Assembly: GCF_013365435.1 (NCBI RefSeq)
Contig: NZ_CP046577.1
Span: 690,001 to 722,000, forward strand
Direction: 5' to 3'
From: Wolbachia endosymbiont of Litomosoides sigmodontis
GTDB taxonomy: Bacteria > Pseudomonadota > Alphaproteobacteria > Rickettsiales > Anaplasmataceae
DNA: 32,000 nucleotides
In this document: positions 29,238-32,000 of the stretch, in pieces
Numbering within the stretch: position 1 is the first letter of the stretch
How the letters are laid out: every line of letters starts with the position of its first letter
Notes under the pieces: model-generated
The model's database searches: none
Told to the model about the DNA's origin: nothing
The model's input: the letters and a program-made list of their open reading frames with translations, nothing else
Program-made: the position numbers and the translations under genes

Positions 29238-30065
29238 CCAATAATTTCCATCACAGAAGAAGTGGATAGACAATAATGGAAAACAAGCTACACTAAAGTA
29301 AGTGAAATAGCAATTTTAAATGGCGTTAAAATTAAAATTGAAGAAAAATTGTTTTAATGCCCACTCAACATCATAGAAAAATTAAATTGAACCAGAATCA
29401 GTTTGAACGAGTTAAAGTATAGATATAAGAAAATTACAATATTACCATTAAAGAAACGAGAATAAAAATCTAGGAAAAATTTGGCTTGAATGTTAGCAAG
29501 TTTACAATACACCGCAATATGCAAAAAATGAAATTTTTATATATTATATAAAAACCAATTCACAATGAACGAGATAAAGGTAGATAAGAAGAGTTTAAAA
29601 AAACTTAGAGATTATTGGTAAGTATCTTAAACAAGAACTATTTTCCTTTAACAAATCGACATTTGATCCACATCAAAAGTTTGACACTGGTAGTTTAAAA
29701 GTGCATTAGAACACAAGTCAAAGTAAAATTAGGTGACAAAAAACTTTTATCTCTACAGTGTAGTAATCTTAAAAATAGAAAGAGTTCTAGCTTATTTGTA
29801 CTGAATGTCAATACTAATTGTATTAATATATTTCTTGAATAAATGTCACAATTTTAAGAATAAGATAGGCCTTTAAAATATCTAGATTATATATCTACTC
29901 CATACCTACCAGAGCTCAATCCTACTGAATACTTTGATTGTATATAAAACAGAATATTTTGCGTAATAGAGCGCTTTATGCAAATTTATTATTTGTCTTC
30001 CTCATTAGACACTTAAACAACTCTGTAATGTTATTTATTCGATTCATTAACAATGAGAGAATTGG
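29238..30065 (+). mobile_element. IS630-family relic with both termini, internally deleted (fragment G1)
   Basis: The left end reads ta|ccaataatttccatcacagaag. The ...LPELNPTEYFDCI remnant is present. The right end reads ...caatgagagaattgg|ta. Confidence 0.8.
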
Positions 30066-30070
30066 TATTA

Positions 30071-30509
30071 CCAATAGTGTCTCATTAAGTTTCCTAAAAC
30101 TCTTCCTATCTACCTTTATCTCGTTCATTGTGAATTAGTTTTATATAATATATAAAAATTTCATTTTTTGCATATTGCGGTGTACCGTAAACTTGCTAAC
30201 ATTCAAGCCAAATTTTTCCTAGATTTTTATTCTCGTTTCTTTAATGGTAATATTGTAATTTTCTTATATCTATACTTTAACTCGTTCAAACTGATTTTGG
30301 TTCAATTTAGTTTTTCTATGATGTTGAGGTGTTTTATCTATTCAGTTAGTGCTGTTCTTGAAATACAATATATTTTTACTAATTCCACACAACCTTTTCA
30401 TCCACAATTTAAATTTTAACGCCATTTAAAACTCGCTACTTTACTTACTTGAATATAGCTTGTTTTTCATTATTGCCTATCCATTTCTTGTGTAGTGGGA
30501 ATTGATATA
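30071..30509 (-). mobile_element. IS630-family 5'-half unit bounded by the left terminus and an internal terminus-like site (fragment G2)
   Basis: Inverted, near-identical copy of the corresponding parts of 29238-29620. It starts with ta|ccaatagtgtctcattaag and ends with ...gtgtagtgggaattgatat. It carries ~60 bp that G1 lacks. Confidence 0.75.
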
Positions 30510-32000
30510 ACTCCTTTTTCCAAAGTACTAAATATTTGATCTACATCAAAATTCATCTTAGGGTGCCAAATAGGTCCATCTAAATGCATATCAATATAGA
30601 TTGGATTACTATGACCTGGTAGAATAAAAAAGAACCTGACTAAAGAAATTAAAGCAAAGTTGGGTAAAGTTAAATTAGAAGAGATAGACCCTGAAGCTTG
30701 ATTAATTCTAAATTGCAAACTAATTGAACATACGCCATTTTTAACACTTACTTTTCCTATAACATTTTCAAAAAGTGTACTACCGTCGTATATACCATCA
30801 TGAGCAAGCGTAGAAATTTCAGGTTTATTCTTACTGTTTAATGAATTCGTGATAAATGAATTAAAATCTACATTAGTAAACTCTATTTCTTGTGCTTGCA
30901 AATTAATTTCTCCTGCTAAATTATTAGCCCAATCATAAAAACTTTTCCCTCGAGCTCTAATTTCACCATTTAAGCTTATCTGACCATCTATATTGTCAAT
31001 TCCCATGGCTTCACCAACGCCCTTAGCATCTAAATCTGCAATAAGAAATTTCGTATACATTGAGCCGGATCTCAGATAACCTTGAAAAAATACTTGTCCA
31101 TGTTCTAGTGCATACTTTGCTTGTCTCACAGTGATAGTGTTATTTCTTATTACTGCATCCAAATTAAAATTCTTTAAAACATTCTGCCCAGCCTTAAATT
31201 CTGCAGCATTAATTTGCACATTTGCATCAAAGCTTTCTTTGTCGTCCAAAAAGTCAAACCGCTTTGTTGACCATTGCATTTGATTTATTTTATTTCTCGA
31301 ATCCTTTGTTACTTCTATTAAATTCGGCAATTTAAAGATATCTCCATTAAATTTATTTCCTGTAAGGCTTACATCTAACAATGGTTTAGTATATCTTTGA
31401 TCTACTAATATCTTTGTGCTACCGGTAATATTACAATCTTCCCCAGATAGCTTGATTTTATCTACAACTAGCTTACCCTTTTCCATTTTTAGTAAGAAAT
31501 TCAGATTTTGAATTCCCGTATCATTTAATTTAAAATCACTAGCATTGATTTTTATATTTACATCATACTTCAGATTCTTTAGCCATCGCACTTTAGATGA
31601 ACTATTAAATAATGAACAATCGTACTTATCTGCATCAAGATTATGTACACTAAGCCTACCATCAATTACATTATGTTTTTTTGTGTGACTTACCTTAATT
31701 GATCCCTGCAAAAACTCTTTATCATTTAGAAACTTGATATCGAAAATAGACAGTACCCTAGGGGCAAAATGCAATTCAGAATTCAGTGTAAATCCATTTT
31801 TACGATTTTCCTTCACCTTTATAAAAGGAAAGAAGCACGAAATGAATGACTCAAAATCATCACCCTTTACCAATAAATTACCATTAAATTCGGATAAAGT
31901 ACCACTATTTGAAACTTTTCCTGACAAGGAAGATATGTTATTGACTCCAGGAAATTTAAGCAATGTGTCAACTTTTATTTCACCATTAGCAAATTTAAAT
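30470..32000 (-). CDS. AsmA-family outer-membrane biogenesis protein, C-terminal part (5' end beyond window)
   Basis: The frame stays open to position 32000; upstream of the track's TTG it reads ...FKFANGEIKVDT. It has a repetitive beta-rich sequence with an AsmA C-terminal-like segment (ISLNGEIRARGKSFYDWANNLAGEINLQAQEIEFTNVDF; HLDGPIWHPK). The last ~12 codons lie inside IS fragment G2. Confidence 0.7.
   Translation of the reverse strand, partial: FKFANGEIKVDTLLKFPGVNNISSLSGKVSNSGTLSEFNGNLLVKGDDFESFISCFFPFIKVKENRKNGFTLNSELHFAPRVLSIFDIKFLNDKEFLQGSIKVSHTKKHNVIDGRLSVHNLDADKYDCSLFNSSSKVRWLKNLKYDVNIKINASDFKLNDTGIQNLNFLLKMEKGKLVVDKIKLSGEDCNITGSTKILVDQRYTKPLLDVSLTGNKFNGDIFKLPNLIEVTKDSRNKINQMQWSTKRFDFLDDKESFDANVQINAAEFKAGQNVLKNFNLDAVIRNNTITVRQAKYALEHGQVFFQGYLRSGSMYTKFLIADLDAKGVGEAMGIDNIDGQISLNGEIRARGKSFYDWANNLAGEINLQAQEIEFTNVDFNSFITNSLNSKNKPEISTLAHDGIYDGSTLFENVIGKVSVKNGVCSISLQFRINQASGSISSNLTLPNFALISLVRFFFILPGHSNPIYIDMHLDGPIWHPKMNFDVDQIFSTLEKGVISIPTTQEMDRQ

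Noticed and set aside
1-32000. Search for CRISPR arrays, rRNA, prophage or integrase genes, toxin-antitoxin pairs, restriction-modification or other defence islands, and secretion-system genes.
   Set aside because: The only regularly spaced or repeated sequences are IS relics, the TPR pseudogene units and the short palindromic cluster. All long ORFs except two orphans are recognisable housekeeping genes. There is no sequence support for a novel multigene system in this window.

Overview
AT-rich segment of a reductive genome. The gene set and protein sequences look like Rickettsiales/Anaplasmataceae, most likely a Wolbachia-type endosymbiont. That assignment is an inference from gene content, short GTCATTCCAGTGC-type palindromic repeats and heavy IS decay; no database search was possible. 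About 19 apparently intact housekeeping genes are present: iscS, mrpE, a NifU-like gene, hisS, purH, an M16 peptidase pair, lspA, ribF, a glutaredoxin, infC, thrS, nuoI, fabI, RNase J, trxA and an AsmA-like gene running off the right edge. There are also two orphan ORFs and one tRNA(CAU). These are interleaved with 11 fragments of a single decayed IS630/Tc1-mariner-family element at 7 loci. By my by-eye boundaries that is about 7.1 kb, or about 22% of the window. A multiply disrupted tolB pseudogene, a decayed TPR-repeat pseudogene and a cluster of short palindromic repeats are also present. I found no rRNA, CRISPR array, prophage, or recognisable defence or toxin system, and no convincing novel multigene system. 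The most unusual structure is the IS debris. Four of the seven loci are inverted (palindromic) pairs bounded by like termini. Their arms are each other's closest relatives, and their junctions recur at two specific internal positions of the element. One of these positions is an internal near-copy of the terminal sequence, which makes the 5' half of the IS a MITE-like unit. Secondary points are an AsmA-like ORF whose last ~12 codons and stop codon come from an IS terminus, loss of tolB, a ~40-aa insertion in RibF, an infC with no possible ATG start, and two orphan proteins.
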